Of a stretch of DNA of 64,000 bases, positions 1 to 14,396 are shown one piece after another (position 1 is the first letter of the stretch; the number at the start of each line of letters is the position of its first letter). Origin of the DNA: Octopus sinensis (taxonomy: Eukaryota); NCBI RefSeq assembly GCF_006345805.1, contig NC_042999.1:122884001-122948000 (forward strand), written 5' to 3'. The position numbers and the translations under genes are program-made. Under the pieces are notes generated by a model, which worked only from the letters and a program-made list of their open reading frames with translations, had not been told where the DNA came from and did not search any database.

Positions 1-910
1 TTGAATGTGATTAATTGGATTTAGTTCAAAATTCTAGAAATGTTACCAAATAAGAGTGTTACCTAAAGATGGCAGAAGGTAAAAATGGTCAAAACATGTA
101 GCTATAGTAACTAAGATTAGGTTACTACTCCAAATAAGTCAGAGTGTAAGAATTTCTTATCTTGGAATTTCAGACAAAAGTTAAAGGTGCTTTGTTTGAA
201 TCCAATCAGAAATATTTTAGAATAAGTCACTTGATGATGATAAAGATCCAAACAAAATAAACATAGTGTAACTATATATACTATAAATACAATAAACTTT
301 TCAAATAACCACCTCCTTAGGATTTGAGATGCCATCTTTGTAAATTTTCCATTGTCTCTCAAAAAAAAAAAATTTAATTATTATGACATAAATAAAATGG
401 GGTACAGTAAATAAGAAATAGAGATACGATATGATGAACACTACTTTATTAACTGATGAATGTGAAAAAAGAAATTTTAGCAAAACACAAACAAAACATT
501 AAAAAACAGCACTTTTGAAATAGCATAAACACAAAAACAAAATTATCAAACATTATAAATTTATATCACTAGAGAATTACATGAATATCTTAATAACAAT
601 TTTCAAAAATACCATTAGCTTGGATTTTTCCATTATTCTGATATTGTTATTGTGGAGGCTTAGTGCACACTATACACACTCTAAAGATGGGGTTTGATAG
701 CTTAACAAATTATAGTCTTGTTAATAGCGTTTGTTATTTTTCCTTAGATTTTAAGTCTAACCATACAAATTTTTAGCCTGCTGCATTGAGTCAAAATCAT
801 CTTTCTTGTCAAAAATGACAGTAAGATTTTAGCTGGGAAAACTATAAAAGCATAGATGTGTGTGTGTGTGTGTGTTTGTGTGTGTGTGAGAGAGAGAGAG
901 AGTGTGTGCG

Positions 911-952
<42 letters not shown>

Positions 953-1087
953 TATGTGTGTGTGTGTTTTGCTAGCTAGCTAGACAGGCAGATAGACAGA
1001 TAGATTGATTGATTAAATTTGCTTTCATTAGCTTTCACATATTTTTCAAGTGATTCTATTTTTGCTACAAAGTATATGTGTATGTGT

Positions 1088-1462
1088 ATCAATGGAAATT
1101 GCAGATGTGTTACCAGTGCCGGTGGCATGTAAGAGAACTTTCCGTTTCGCGACCGTTGCCAGCACCGCCCCGTTTCGTGTCCGTTGCCAGCCTCGCCTGG
1201 CCCTCGTGCCGGTGGCACATAAAAAGCACCATCCGTTCGTGGCCGTTTGCCAGCTCTGTCTGGCACCAGTGCGGGTGGCACGTAAAAAGCACCCACTACA
1301 CTCACGGAGTGGTTGGCGTTAGGAAGGGCATCCAGCCGTAGAAACACTGCCAGATTTGACTGGGCCTGATGAAGCCTTCTGGCTTCACAGACCCCAGTAG
1401 AACCGTCCAACCCATGCTAGCATGGAAAACGGACGCTAAATGATGATGATGATGATGATGAT
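1088..1462 (+). mobile_element. 5'-truncated RTE retroposon 3' UTR (or RTE-tailed SINE) with ~58-bp internal subrepeats and a (GAT)n tail
   Basis: Shares GCACCCACTACACTC..GGTTGGCGTTAGGAAGGGCATCCAGC..CCAACCCATGCTAGCATGGAAA..(GAT)n with more than 10 other copies. At 25277 and 59365 the same tail directly follows RTE C-terminal coding sequence. Confidence 0.8.
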
Positions 1463-2298
1463 ACATAGATACATGTGTGTGTGTATGTGTGTGTATGTCA
1501 GTGTAAAAGTATATATCTATATATACATATATAAGTATATTTGTCAACATATTTCTGACAATGTCCTTTTTTTTTTAGAAGTATTTTCTGCTTACAATAA
1601 GTAAATTGCCCAGCTGTCTACTGTATGCATTAGATTTTGCTGTAACCAAAAATATATTACTTCCTCCTTAACAGTACCATTAACAATTAAGATGCTAATA
1701 GCAAATAGTGGACTAAATCAATTTCTTAGTTGAATAATGAATGACCAATACTTTTAAAACATACCTTCTCAGTGTTAATTTGAAGAAATTTCGCTTGTTC
1801 TCATTTACTACTAGAAAATTTCTAATATCTATAATAAATATTGAAGCATTAGCATTTCTCACATTCTCTTTTGCTGGAGAAATGCCATGTAGGCAATGAA
1901 CAATGGACCTGTTGTATTTGTGATAGTTGCACTGTACTCATATATAGCAGCATGGTTCAAAATCAAACAACCTTCACCATATTCGTCAGCTTTTGTGTAA
2001 GTGCTTTTCTTCTTTTTTGCCTTGGGTTGGAAGGGTCTGTATATTTTTTAATTTTGCATAAATTTATCACAATGGTGTCCAAATGTCTATGGTTAGAACT
2101 AAAACTTTTCAAATGTATGTCTATCTCATATAGTATAGATGAGACAGAGATTAATGAAACTCTCTGCATTTGTTTAATCTCAGAGAATGGTCACTTTCAT
2201 AATACTTTTAAAATTTAGGAACCCTGATCGTTAATTTATGTCATAATGCTGTTCATATTAAAATCTAGATTCTTTTGATTCAAGTCCATTTCCTTATA

Positions 2299-3583
2299 TT
2301 AGGTTGTCAAGAAAGTCCTTGTGGTTTTTAACCTTTAAATTCAGATGCCCATATCTCGGCTCAAACAACACTTTATTAATTGAAATAAACACCATCAGAA
2401 TCAACACACTTTTGCCAACGCAAAACAAGTTTATTTATGCCAATAGCATAAAATCCTGCGTTTTAGTGGTAATGAAGTCATTGAAGGTGTGTTTGGCATT
2501 GTCTTGGTTTTTGAAGCATTTCTCACACAGGAAGTTGTCGAGATGCTTGAAAAAGTGGTAGTCAGTAGGTGAGAGGTCTGGTGAGTATGGCAGATGAGGC
2601 AGGGTTTTGTTGCCCAATTCATTCAACTTCTGCAGGGTTAGTTGTGAGACATGCAGCTGAGTGTTGTCGTGGAGAAGAATTGGTCCTTTTCTATTGACCA
2701 ATGCTGGCTGTTGTTGTCAGAGTTTCCTATGCATTTCATCCATTTGCTGACAGTACTTCTCTGCCATAATGGTTTCACATGGATCCCAAAAGTTGTGATG
2801 GATGAGACCAGCCGCATAACACCAAACAGTCACCATGACCTTCTTATGGTGCAACTTTGCCTTCAGGAAGTGCTGTGGAGCTTCGTCAGTGTCCAACCAC
2901 TGAGCTGAGTGTTGCCGTTTGTCGTAAAAAATCTACTTTTCATCACAAGTCACAAGCCAGTCAAGAAACAGGTCATTCTTGTTGTGTAAAAGAAGGGAAG
3001 AGGACACTTCAAAACAGCATTCTTTTTGGTTGCTGTTCAATTTATGCAGCACTCTTTTCTCAAGTATTTTTATTTTTCCAATTTATTTCAAGTGGTTGGA
3101 AATTGTCAAATATGTTACGTCTAATTCAGAAGCAAGATCTTGAACTGTTGTGCGTGGATTGGCTTTGACTAAGGCTCTTAGTTGATTGTTGTCAACATCC
3201 GATGGCCAACCACTACGCTTATCATCTTCAAGACTCTTGTCACCTCTACAAAATTTCTTGAGCTACCATTGTACTGTACGTTCATTACTGGTTCCTGGGC
3301 TAAATGCATCGTTGATATTGTGAACAGTTTCAGCAGCTTTTTGCCCTAGCTTGAACTGGAATAAGAAAATTGTGCGAATTTGCTTTTTGTCCATGTTGTA
3401 TTCAACATTGTGGAAAAAATGGCCTAATTATTCAAAAAGAAAAATAGTAACACAATTAGATAGAACGAAAAACGGGCTTTAAAATGATATATAAAGTCAA
3501 AGTAATTTAATAAAAATTAATTTGAAAACACATCATTTAAAACCAAAATTTAAAATTCTGCAAGAACTTTCTTGACAACCTAA
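2299..3583 (-). mobile_element. Full-length mariner (Tc1/mariner DD34D) DNA transposon, inactive
   Basis: TIRs TTAGGTTGTCAAGAAAGT (from 2299) and ACTTTCTTGACAACCTAA (to 3583), TA on both sides, ~1285 bp, with an internal transposase remnant. Confidence 0.95.
2376..3394 (-). pseudogene. Mariner transposase pseudogene with stops and frameshifts
   Basis: Starts MDKKQIRTIFLFQFKLG and retains VTCDEK, ILLHDN and HLPYSPDLSPTDYHFF (YSPDL motif). Several in-frame stops. Confidence 0.92.
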
Positions 3584-5962
3584 TATTTCCAGCTCATGTA
3601 GGTCTTGGGTTAATTCAGCAAAAGAATTTCTTTTTTCTTTCTCATATGATGGATGTTATAAAGGCTAACATAACTATTTAGGGAAAACCTATATATTTTC
3701 CAGTGTTCTTAGTTATATCAAGAGAAACTATTAAGTTCATTTGTTAGCTTTCATTCATTAACAACTGTAAAACCCAATATCCTGCCTCTGAAGTAATTTA
3801 ATAATGAAGCATTTATTTTCAACTGTATAAATCCAATTCATTTTCATCTCTCAATATTATTCTCTCTTCTTTTTGTCCACCAGAAAAGTAACATTCTAAC
3901 TAATCCGAGTCTTCACAATGTAAAACATTTTGAAAATACTTAATGCTTTGAATAGAAGACTAGTTATGTGGTTTAACCAATGGTATAATCTAAATAGATT
4001 AATCAAATAATTAATTACTTGATACTTCTAACTGCTTAAAGTAATGCCTTGTTTATGTTTGGAATTTTTAATCAATGGAATATTTTCATATCCACTTCAT
4101 TTCTTAAATCTTTCTGATTTTAAAGTAAAGCTACAATCAAGCATTTGTGTATAAAACAATCTACTAAAACACAGGTATACACAAAATTCTTTGGCATTTC
4201 TCCTGTTTGTCTCTGTGAACATGACTTAAATAATTCTTCAAATTTAGGCATTTACATTATTTGTTGAAATAAATATTCATATGACTATATTGTCTTGATT
4301 GTTACTTATTTGTGTAGAACTTTTAACTCTCTGATATCTGAATACATGCAATGTAGAGGATAAATGCCAGTTTAAAAATTCCTTTTCATTAATTTCTATA
4401 TTCTTGGTGTAAAATAACAAGCTTAACAGATCTTAGGCTAACAGTAATCTCCCAGCTTAAACTGAATTATCTAGGTACTTCAAGTTTGATTTATTCTATG
4501 CTCTCCTTAGGAATATATATCTTTATGGGAAAACTACTGTAACAGTCATGTATACTTAGTTAAGCAATTTATCATATTTATACTTAGTTCACTGGAATTG
4601 CAAATAATTTGGAATAATTATACCCATGAATGTTTTTCTCATTATGAATGAGAAAAACATTTTTATCCCCCCCAAAAAAACACAAGTTGAAAATGAAAAA
4701 ATAAGTGATGAAATTTACTAAGGCTTGTCATACTGATATGCTAACCAACTTATCTTTTTACAGCAGAAGTTTGAAATGCAATAATAAAAGATAGATATAA
4801 CATCACTAAATATATTCATTGTGCTGCATATTTTCCATAATAAATTTCAAAATAATAAATAAAACATGTAGTTTTCAATAAAAATATAAGTTGAAATTTT
4901 TGGCAAATTTACAGTAGAGAAAATATTAAGTACTCTCAAAGGTACCTCAGAGCTAAGTATTTACTTTCAAATGACGTAGTTTGGCATTATGTTTCATGCT
5001 ATTAAAGTGCTCAAACATAGTCATCAAATGTGAAGAGAAAAGACCTGATATAATTCAATTTCACTTGCAATGCTAATATCTGGCAGAACATTCAATGAGT
5101 CTTCTATACTAAATATTGTACCATGTTTTAATTGTTCATAGAATCTGATACTGCAATATGGTGGAAGATCTTGACTTCAAAAACAGGAAAAAAAACACTT
5201 CTATTTTAGGTATTCACAATAAATACACCTACATAATTATTTTTTTTTCCTGTATGCAGAAGCTTGAGTTGACCTGAAGTGAATACTGTGGGCTTGAATT
5301 TTACACAAGTGTTGGTGTCACACAGCTGATGAAGCTGACCTATGATACCAGCTGTAACCATTCCATTTTTTCCTCAGACATATTGCATTTAGGACAACAT
5401 TATCAATTGCCATTCCCTTTTTTACATTACTAGAATGCTGTTTGAAGGCAATTTAACTGCTGGTTCTTGTAGCTCAAACAAAAACATTGAGATTCCTTTA
5501 TTGGTTTGAGAGATGCCAGTGTTTCTGCAAGTTGTAGATGTTGATGCATGAAAAGACATCAGATTGGTAGCACTTCAGCCAAACTTCATACAAAATAGTG
5601 TAAGCACTAACAAATGCACCCACAAAATCAGTACAAACATTGAGAGCTGATGGAGGACTAGGTTACATAAAGAGCTGAAAACTCATCTAACAGTTCATTC
5701 TAGTATGGACAAACCAGTTTTATTTATGACATATAATGGAGATTAGCTGAAAAACAAAGATGGAAAGGGTGTTTTTTTTATTAAGTTTTTACTTTGCTTC
5801 AAAAATTATATGAGAGACAATATTTTAGTAATGTCAACGTTTTAGTGAAATAATGTCTGAAATATACTGCTCAGCTCTGAATTACTCATGAATCTTAGGT
5901 GAATGTTAAAGAAATAAGTTGAGAGAAAGAGAGATGGGGAAAATAGCATGTGTGTGAGAGAA

Positions 5963-6023
<61 letters not shown>

Positions 6024-6205
6024 AGAGTGAGAACATAAAGTTTAATTGCAGCTCTGAAACTAGTATCATAAAAGGTATAACAGCAGTCTACAAGTAAACA
6101 TTATAATTATCTTTCAAGAGAATGGTGAGTGTGCTGAAGGACTGAGCTCATAGCTAGCAACCAGTTCTGTTTAATAAGTATGACATATAAAATACACCAC
6201 TGGAC

Positions 6206-6207
<2 letters not shown>

Positions 6208-6269
<62 letters not shown>

Positions 6270-6530
6270 CGGATTGGATGGTTTGACAGGAGCTGGCCAG
6301 GCAGAAGACTGCACTAGACTTCTGTGTCTGTTATGGCATGGTTTTTATGGCTGAATGCCCTTCCTAACACCAACCACCCTGAAGAGTGGACTAAGTGCTT
6401 TGTACATGGCACCAGCACAGGTGAGGTCAGTTTTGGCATGAGTTTTTGCAGTTGGATGCCCTTCCAAATGCCAGTTCCCCCACAGAGTTGACTGAGTGCT
6501 TTTTATATAGCATCAGCACTGGTTGAGTCA
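6208..6530 (-). mobile_element. Diverged RTE 3' UTR copy with (GAT)n tail
   Basis: (ATC)n at 6208-6267 followed by the reverse complement of the GGAAGGGCAT..GGTTGG tail motif. Confidence 0.7.
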
Positions 6531-7318
6531 CCAAGAAATTTGCAAGACAAAGAACCTTTGAGAGGGAAGGTGGCATTGGAGGAGGTGATCTTGTGTCAGA
6601 AGATACAAAAGTTAAAGGGTGCTACTTTGGTATGCGATCTACGTAGCCAACATGATCCACAAGAGTTAAATTCTACTTTAGTATGTGATCTACATGTTTC
6701 ATATATTTATTATGGATTAAGTAAAACATTCATAGATTTTTATACATATATTTAAAAAAATTAAAATGAAGCAGATTTGAAACTAGTTTACTAATTTTAT
6801 GGGCGAATCATATAAAATATCTTGAACAAAATAAAAAATTAATTCTAAAATTTTGCATAGAGAAAGCTTGAAAATTACTCTGTTATTCAAATCAGTATAA
6901 TGTAAAAATGGATACCAATAAACAGGTAAAATCACAGAAGGGAGCACAGGTTGGCTATGCTGGACTGAAGTATGTTGTTGATGTACCAGAGATAACTTTT
7001 CTTGTTGTAGATCACAATATAAAATGTAAATCACATACCAAAGCAGCTTCATGACACATAGATTGCATACCAAAGTGGCACAGTAAAAAGAATTATTCAG
7101 TAAAAGAAATTATTCTTTCTGAGAATAATTTTATTCATTTTACGCTGAATACACTAGAGAGGAGTGGTTTCTGGCAGTTGTAAAATTTAAGCTATTGCTG
7201 AGAGGATCCCAATGAAATGCACATACTAGACATTTTTATGCATCAGACCAATAACAAGGCCTAAACAAGAGAGGATAAAGGAAATCTAGCCATACACAAT
7301 AGACATAACAAACACATG

Positions 7319-7374
<56 letters not shown>

Positions 7375-7559
7375 ACACACACACAAACACACACACAATA
7401 GAAATCTTTCAGTTTTTGCCTACCAAAACCATCCATAAGGCTTTGGGCAAACTAGGGCTATAGTTGAAGGCATTTTCTCAAGGTATCATACAGTGGGACT
7501 GAACCCAAAATCATGGTATTGGAAAGTGAGTTTCTTAACCATATGGCCTTGCTTATATA

Positions 7560-7598
<39 letters not shown>

Positions 7599-8126
7599 GT
7601 AGGCACAGGCATGACTGTGTAGTAAGAAGCTTATTTCTCAATCACATCGTTCTGGGGTCAGACACACTGTGTGATACCTTAGGCAAGCGTCTTCTGCTGT
7701 AGCCTCAGGCTGACCAAAGCCTTCTTAGTGGGTTTGGTGGGGGGAAACTGAAAGAAGCCTGTTGTGTATATATATATATATATATAAATGTGTGCCTAAG
7801 CATGGCCACAGTCATGAGACTATAAAACAATTAAAGATAAAAGATATTTATATATAAATATATTCTTTTATTCTTTTACTTGTTTCAGTTAACAGGTAAA
7901 ACATAACAAAGTAAAAGTTTTTTATTTTTCATTCCCTTCGAAATTGCTCTTAAATGTGATTTTGCTCATTTTGATTGCTTCTTCTAGCATATAAAGTTGC
8001 CTGTTAAAGGCTACTTCTCTTGTGTTTAAATGTACACTATTTTGTATTGAGAATATGCTGTCTATTGACTTTTTATACATGCTAGGCCACTGGTAGTGAA
8101 ATTTCTAAAAAAAACACGCTATCCTA

Positions 8127-8169
<43 letters not shown>

Positions 8170-8763
8170 TGCATACACTCGCACGCACACACACACATTC
8201 ATATATACAAACATACATACATACATAATATATGTTTAATTATAAAAGTGCTCCCCACATATTTTAGTTTAAAAGAAATAAAAGATGGCTGGTTTGATTA
8301 TTTCCAATGATTTCAACTTCAGTATTAACCATGGTAGAGTTAAATGTGATATTTAAGAAAAACTAAGGTTTAATTAATACTTTTCTTTGGCTGAGCAAGC
8401 AAGGGTAATAACTCATTAGAATTCATCAGCAAGGGTATAACCTGTGACACAGGGGTAGTAATTAATTGGTTATTTAAAATTTTCTAATGAAAATATTAAA
8501 AGAAACAGGAAAGAGAAAAAATGGACTGGTGCTGGAAAATAAGATTAATTGGTAATTATAATTATGAAGGAGTACTTCCAAGACATTTAAAAACATGAAA
8601 TTGTGGGTTTGATCATTTTCACTGTTTTTAACATTAGAAATAACTACAGCAGAATTAAATGCAATAATCAGAAAAAAATTAGGTTAGCTATGTTGTACAT
8701 ACATAAATACATCACACACACACACACATGCATTCATACATACATATAATAATAATAATGATA

Positions 8764-8960
8764 TATTACAGAGATGTACTAGCATAGTAAGTGACCTGAT
8801 CTGTGATCATGTGCTGGAACGAAAACAGTTGCAGTGTGGAAGGTGTTTATATGCCATTTAAGAAACACACAAAATCCGTTAGATTCACTTCAACATTTAA
8901 ATTTAATTTATCAAAATATTTTTGTCGCTTTGAAACTGTGACCTGTTCACTGACAAAATT
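8764..8960 (-). mobile_element. Short non-coding repeat family carrying a variant hammerhead motif, copy 1 (homologous to 22340-22565)
   Basis: About 150 bp nearly identical to 22340-22470 (GGAAGGTGTTT..AAGAAACACACAAAA..GACCTGTTCACTGACAAAA). Confidence 0.75.
8907..8957 (-). ncRNA. Degenerate minimal type-I hammerhead with G3:C8 core
   Basis: Minus strand: TTTGTCA-GTGAACA-G-GTCAC-AGTTTCAAA-GCGAC-AAAA-ATAT-T-T-TGATAAA. G12 is lost, consistent with CpG decay. Confidence 0.55.
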
Positions 8961-9049
8961 CCATTCATATATATGCATATATGGATACAGGACATCACCA
9001 ACAGTGTAAACATGAAATACATAAACAACAAGAGAAAAAAAAATGAAAA

Positions 9050-9280
9050 ACAGGACATCTTTCTCAATCATGCTCCACATATAGTAATTCATGAGATTGC
9101 AATCAGGAGAATTAGGAGGCCAGGAATTGGGGCTGGTGAAGACATAGAAATCCAGCAACCACTTCTGACTCTTTCTAGAGGTATGGCAAGGAACCAAATC
9201 CTGCCAGTATAGCATGTCATATATTTCCAAGCAGCCATGTTGACTCAAAATGCAACCTGGATGCTCTTTGAGAAAAAGTG
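9050..9280 (-). mobile_element. maT/DD37D-type Tc1/mariner transposase fragment
   Basis: Translates to WQDLVPCHTSRKSQKWL...WPPNSPDCNLMNYYMWSMIEKDV. Confidence 0.8.
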
Positions 9281-11878
9281 AGAAAGAATGAGAAATAAGG
9301 CGATAAATGAATTAAGAGTTGTATCCCTTCTGCCAATTAGAATTGGAATTAACATGGTTGGTGTAAGTAATTCAATGGGTAAAGTTTGAGACTGCATGCT
9401 TAATTTGGGGAGGACCGCATGTTTAATTTGATGTTTTCTAGTTCAATAATAGGTGCTTACATTTAAAGAAAATTTCAGATCTAGAATTCAGTAGGTAAAC
9501 ATCATCCTCACCAGATTGGGCATGCAATCGCACAGTCATTAACTTTTCCCTGTTAAATTAATTACATCAACCATTTAACTTCCAATTCTAACAGGTCAAA
9601 AGACTGCAAGTTTTAATTCCTTTACCCCCTACTTCTTTTTTTCTTTTCTCTCATTCTACTTTTTTGCTTTTTACCTTTTTCCTCTCATCCTTTCTTATTC
9701 TCCTTCTCACTTTTACTCAAAGAACAGTCATGTTGTTCTCTGAGTCTGAATGATTGCTTGGAAATACATAGCATGTAATAGAAGCTCATCCAACCATCAT
9801 ATTTTCAGAGGTACGAAACTAATTGCCACTCAAATTTAAATCCTGTGTGTATTAAGTGATATTTATGTCTCTCAAAATGAAATACTTTTTTATTGATTCC
9901 ACCAGTGATGGAACAGTACATTACACACACACACACACATACACTCACACACACACACTCACACACACACTCACTCACACACACACACACACATATGCCT
10001 TATAATGGGAAATTAAATAAATGTTCACATTGTCTGTCAAACAGTGTTAATATTAATGAAGTTGAAAGGTATTGTGGACTGAGTCAGCTTTCCAGTTTCA
10101 GATTCTGATAGGAGCAGTCATATTTCATTTATATTGCTAAAGCATTTTGGGAAGACTGGTATGTCTCAAATTCCAACTTCCTGTTTTTCTGAAAGTCCCC
10201 TACCCGCTTGGGAGGCAGATGTAAAATGACATTGAAGTACCAAAGTGAATCAAGTTGATCATAAATTGATGTGACTTGTCCTGAAGTAATAAATTTATTG
10301 AAAGCTTCAGTGTTCCAAACTGAAGCAATATGCAGCAAAATAAGGTAATTTAAGGCACATAAGTGAACTCACGGCAAAACTGGTATTGAAGTATAAAAGG
10401 GATGTTAGACAAAGTTAATAGTAAAATGATGAAAATTCTATTATTATTATTGCTGAAAATTTCATAGAGATTGATGATGTCAGATTTGTTATCTATTACT
10501 TTTCTATTACATTATTAACAATGATACAAGAAATATTGATTTTAATATTGTCACAAGTCTTCCAATCTATTCAGAATGGAAACTGGAGAAAGTCCTAATG
10601 TTCATGCCTTTCCTATAGTATTATGATATATTATTTTAATCATTAACTATGTTGCATTGCAAAAGATTGGGCCTTCAAAATCTTGGCATTAAAAACCTGT
10701 CAATGCCTTTCAAGCCTTCCTTTTACTTAAGGGCTGCAAAGGAAAACTGTGTATGCTACACAAATATCAAGAACATATTACAAGAGATATCTTACCCAGT
10801 CAACCTAATCATTTGTGATGTATGGGAACTGAAAAGATTCAAACACTATGTTGTCTGAAAACATTGTAATGAAATTAATTGCTGAAAAGATATTGAAATT
10901 ATGAGACACCTCTGCACTCAAATGAATATACAGCTATGAATGGTTAATGAGTGATGGATGAAAAGGTGGTGTATGCTGTAAGTTGAATGTATCTATAGCT
11001 GAGGAAAGATCAAAGAAGACACATGATGAATTTCTGAGGTCAGATCTGTGGATTCTGGACCTTGTCTAAGAAATAAAATGGCAAGAGATTGTGATATGGT
11101 AATATTCTGTTTAAGCTAACATATAAAAATAAATGTGAAAATGATGATGATGATGATGATGATGACAATGACGATAACGATGAAGATGATGATGATGATG
11201 AAAACAATGTCGATGATGATGACTGGAAGGTCCAACCAAGTATGCTCTTATGTAGAAGATATTATCCCTTTACAATAGTCATTTGCCACAGGTGGCCACC
11301 CACATAAAACCTTAATGTCTCATGTCAGACATGCATTTCTTCTACGGAAAGTATTTTGCAAAAATGCAACAATAGACACGATGATCTTATCTCCCTCGGC
11401 AGTACCAGACCACAGTCACAACCTACATTAAAGAAACAATTTTGCAGCACTCCTCCTTCTGTATTAATAGATATTAGTTAGGTAAAAAAAACCTCATACT
11501 TTCTACAAATGCTTGGACTTACAATCTCTAATTATCTTACCTTTAATAAAATGCAGTTTATGTCCTGTTGGTCATGCTGATAGAAGGAAACTCAAACAAC
11601 AAATGGAGTAGGAGTGAATGACAATCAGAGATGCTAAATGTAGGTGAACAGTAGTAAAAGGTTTCACTCTGAAGTCATTGGTATTTTAATCAACATAAAA
11701 CTGTAAAATTTTAACATAAATTGTATCTAGTTTAATAGTTTTACACACATATATAAATATATATATATATGAAATTACATATTAAACTCTTTTGTTTACA
11801 AAATAGTGTTATTCACATAACATTATATATATCAACATATATATATACTTTTATTGTTTTCTTTTTAATTTTGTCTAA

Positions 11879-11912
<34 letters not shown>

Positions 11913-12107
11913 GCATATATATATATGTATATGTGAATATATATGTGTGTGTGAATATATATGTGTGTGTGTGTGCATGCGTGTGTATATGTGTGTGTAT
12001 GAATATATATATGTGTGTGTGTATATATATATATATATATGTGTGTGTGTATATATATATATATATTTATGTGTGTGTGTGTGTGTGTGTGTACATACAT
12101 ATATATA

Positions 12108-12386
12108 CAGGGTACAGTAAATAAGTTGTCTAAATTACACAAAAATGAAAATAACACTGACATCTCATTTCAACAGATATATTTACCAAAATTACATAAA
12201 AATATCTTGAAATGCTAAAGATTAAATTTATTCTATAAAATTGCATTTGGCTTCAACCACAGCCTCTAGACGACTTTGGATTTCCTGCAACTCTTCTGGA
12301 TGGGCTCCTTGTTTAAGTTGGTGAATGCTGCCATAATCTTTGCCTTCAGTTCATCTTTGGTGTTACAATGAGTTTTGTTGGTCCCA
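12108..12386 (-). mobile_element. maT/DD37D transposon 3' end with TIR, copy 1 of a tandem duplication
   Basis: TA|CAGGGTACAGTAAATAAG terminus. The minus strand reads approximately TNKTHCNTKDELKAKIMAAFTNLNK..SRLEAVVEA. Confidence 0.8.
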
Positions 12387-12456
12387 CATATATATAAATA
12401 TATATATATATATATTTATGTGTGTGTGTGTGTGTGTGTGTACATACATATATATA

Positions 12457-12728
12457 CAGGGTACAGTAAATAAGTTGTCTAAATTACACAAAAATGAAAA
12501 TAACACTGACATCTCATTTCAACAGATATATTTACCAAAATTACATAAAAATATCTTGAAATGCTAAAGATTAAATTTATTCTATAAAATTGCTTCAACC
12601 ACAGCCTCTAGACGACTTTGGATTTCCTGCAACTCTTCTGGATGGGCTCCTTGTTTAAGTTGGTGAATGCTGCCATAATCTTTGCCTTCAGTTCATCTTT
12701 GGTGTTACAATGAGTTTTGTTGGTCCCA
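12457..12728 (-). mobile_element. maT/DD37D transposon 3' end, copy 2 (349-bp direct duplication)
   Basis: Matches 12108-12386 except for a 7-bp deletion (ATTTGGC). Confidence 0.8.
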
Positions 12729-12804
12729 CATATATATAAATATATATATATATATATTTATATATTTGAATTTATATATATGTGTGTATATATATATATT
12801 TATA

Positions 12805-12851
<47 letters not shown>

Positions 12852-12902
12852 ACAGAAAAGGAGGAATATCAATTATCCCCCATGTGGTTAGTTGTAATAT
12901 AT

Positions 12903-13035
12903 ATAAGAAATTAAAGAAGGAAAATGCACATGCTTTACATAGTTTTAATATATATTTTAAACACTATATGAAATATATTAAAAGATATATTAAAACTATG
13001 TAAAGCGTGTGCATTTTCCTTCTTTAATTTCTTAT
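12903..13035. repeat. Inverted repeat (fold-back) with ~50-bp arms
   Basis: ATAAGAAATTAAAGAAGGAAAATGCACATGCTTTACATAGTTTTAATAT versus ATATTAAAACTATGTAAAGCGTGTGCATTTTCCTTCTTTAATTTCTTAT. Confidence 0.9.
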
Positions 13036-13225
13036 TTATATATATATAATATTAGGGAGTATAGCTCCAAACTTACAGGGAAAAACTAGATTTAGTATTA
13101 AATCAAATTTCACAGTATAAATATATAAAATATGAATTAGAGATAAAACCACTATTAGGCAACTCAAACAGTGATAGACATAAACCAATACATAAATAAC
13201 AAATATTATAAATATAATTAATATA

Positions 13226-13268
<43 letters not shown>

Positions 13269-13336
13269 TATATATAATTTTTTTTTTCCCAAAAGTATAA
13301 AAGGAATGATAAATATAATATAATTATCTCTAATTC

Positions 13337-13374
<38 letters not shown>

Positions 13375-13496
13375 AGTGTGTGTATATGTACATATATATC
13401 TCTTTGGGAAAGACTTGTCAGAATAGCCTTATGTGCTGACTTAGCCTTTTGAGCAAAATTTACCAGATAGAACACACACACATACACACGCACAAC

Positions 13497-13532
<36 letters not shown>

Positions 13533-14223
13533 ACCAACACACTCACACCCAGAGATAGGCATGGATAGGTACCTTGGGCAAATGCCTTCTACTATACCCT
13601 AGGGCTGATCAATGCCTTGTGCATAGATTGGTAAACAGAAATTGAAAGAACACCATGTGTATGAATATATGTATTTATGTATGCATGCTATTATACATAT
13701 GTATACATGTTTTTATAACTATGTGCGTGTGTGTTTATATGCATATATGTATGCATATGTGTGTTTATATGTGCATATGCATATATGTATGTATATGTAT
13801 ACATGTGTGTGAGTCTTTGTTTTACTGTGTGCTTCCTTCACATTGGGCAGTGGTAATGAGCAAGTGTCATTGTCTGCAAGAAGTGTTCTTCATTTCCAAT
13901 CTGGCATTTAAACATGTACAAGCATGGTGAAATATTACTTGAATATAGATGAGTATTGGAGACAGCAAGGGCATCCACCCATACAAACTCTGCCTGGCCA
14001 ATAAAGGCATGCAAAGGTTTCATATGTATATATATCTATCTATCTATATATATATATGTGACGTATTTTTGCCATTTCAATATGGCTAACCCCTAAGGGT
14101 TATATATATGTATATATATATATGTATTGTCCATATAATGTATATGTTTTTGCATATATACATGTATGTATGTATGTATGTATATGTATATATGTATGTA
14201 TGTATATATGTATGTGTGAGTAT

Positions 14224-14277
<54 letters not shown>

Positions 14278-14345
14278 GCACACACACACATTACGTGAAT
14301 GATATTACAACTCTATCTGATTTTCAAGTGCATCAATTCTTCATA

Positions 14346-14396
<51 letters not shown>

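Noticed and set aside
5326-5365. CTGATGA-AGCTG..CAGCT-GTAA as a hammerhead
   Set aside because: GTAA replaces GAAA and there is no stem III, UH or stem I complement; it is kept only as a possible very old relic.
13060-13095. GGAG-TATAG-CTCC-AAAC hairpin as an HHR stem II
   Set aside because: The 5' core is absent (replaced by microsatellite) and G12 is missing.
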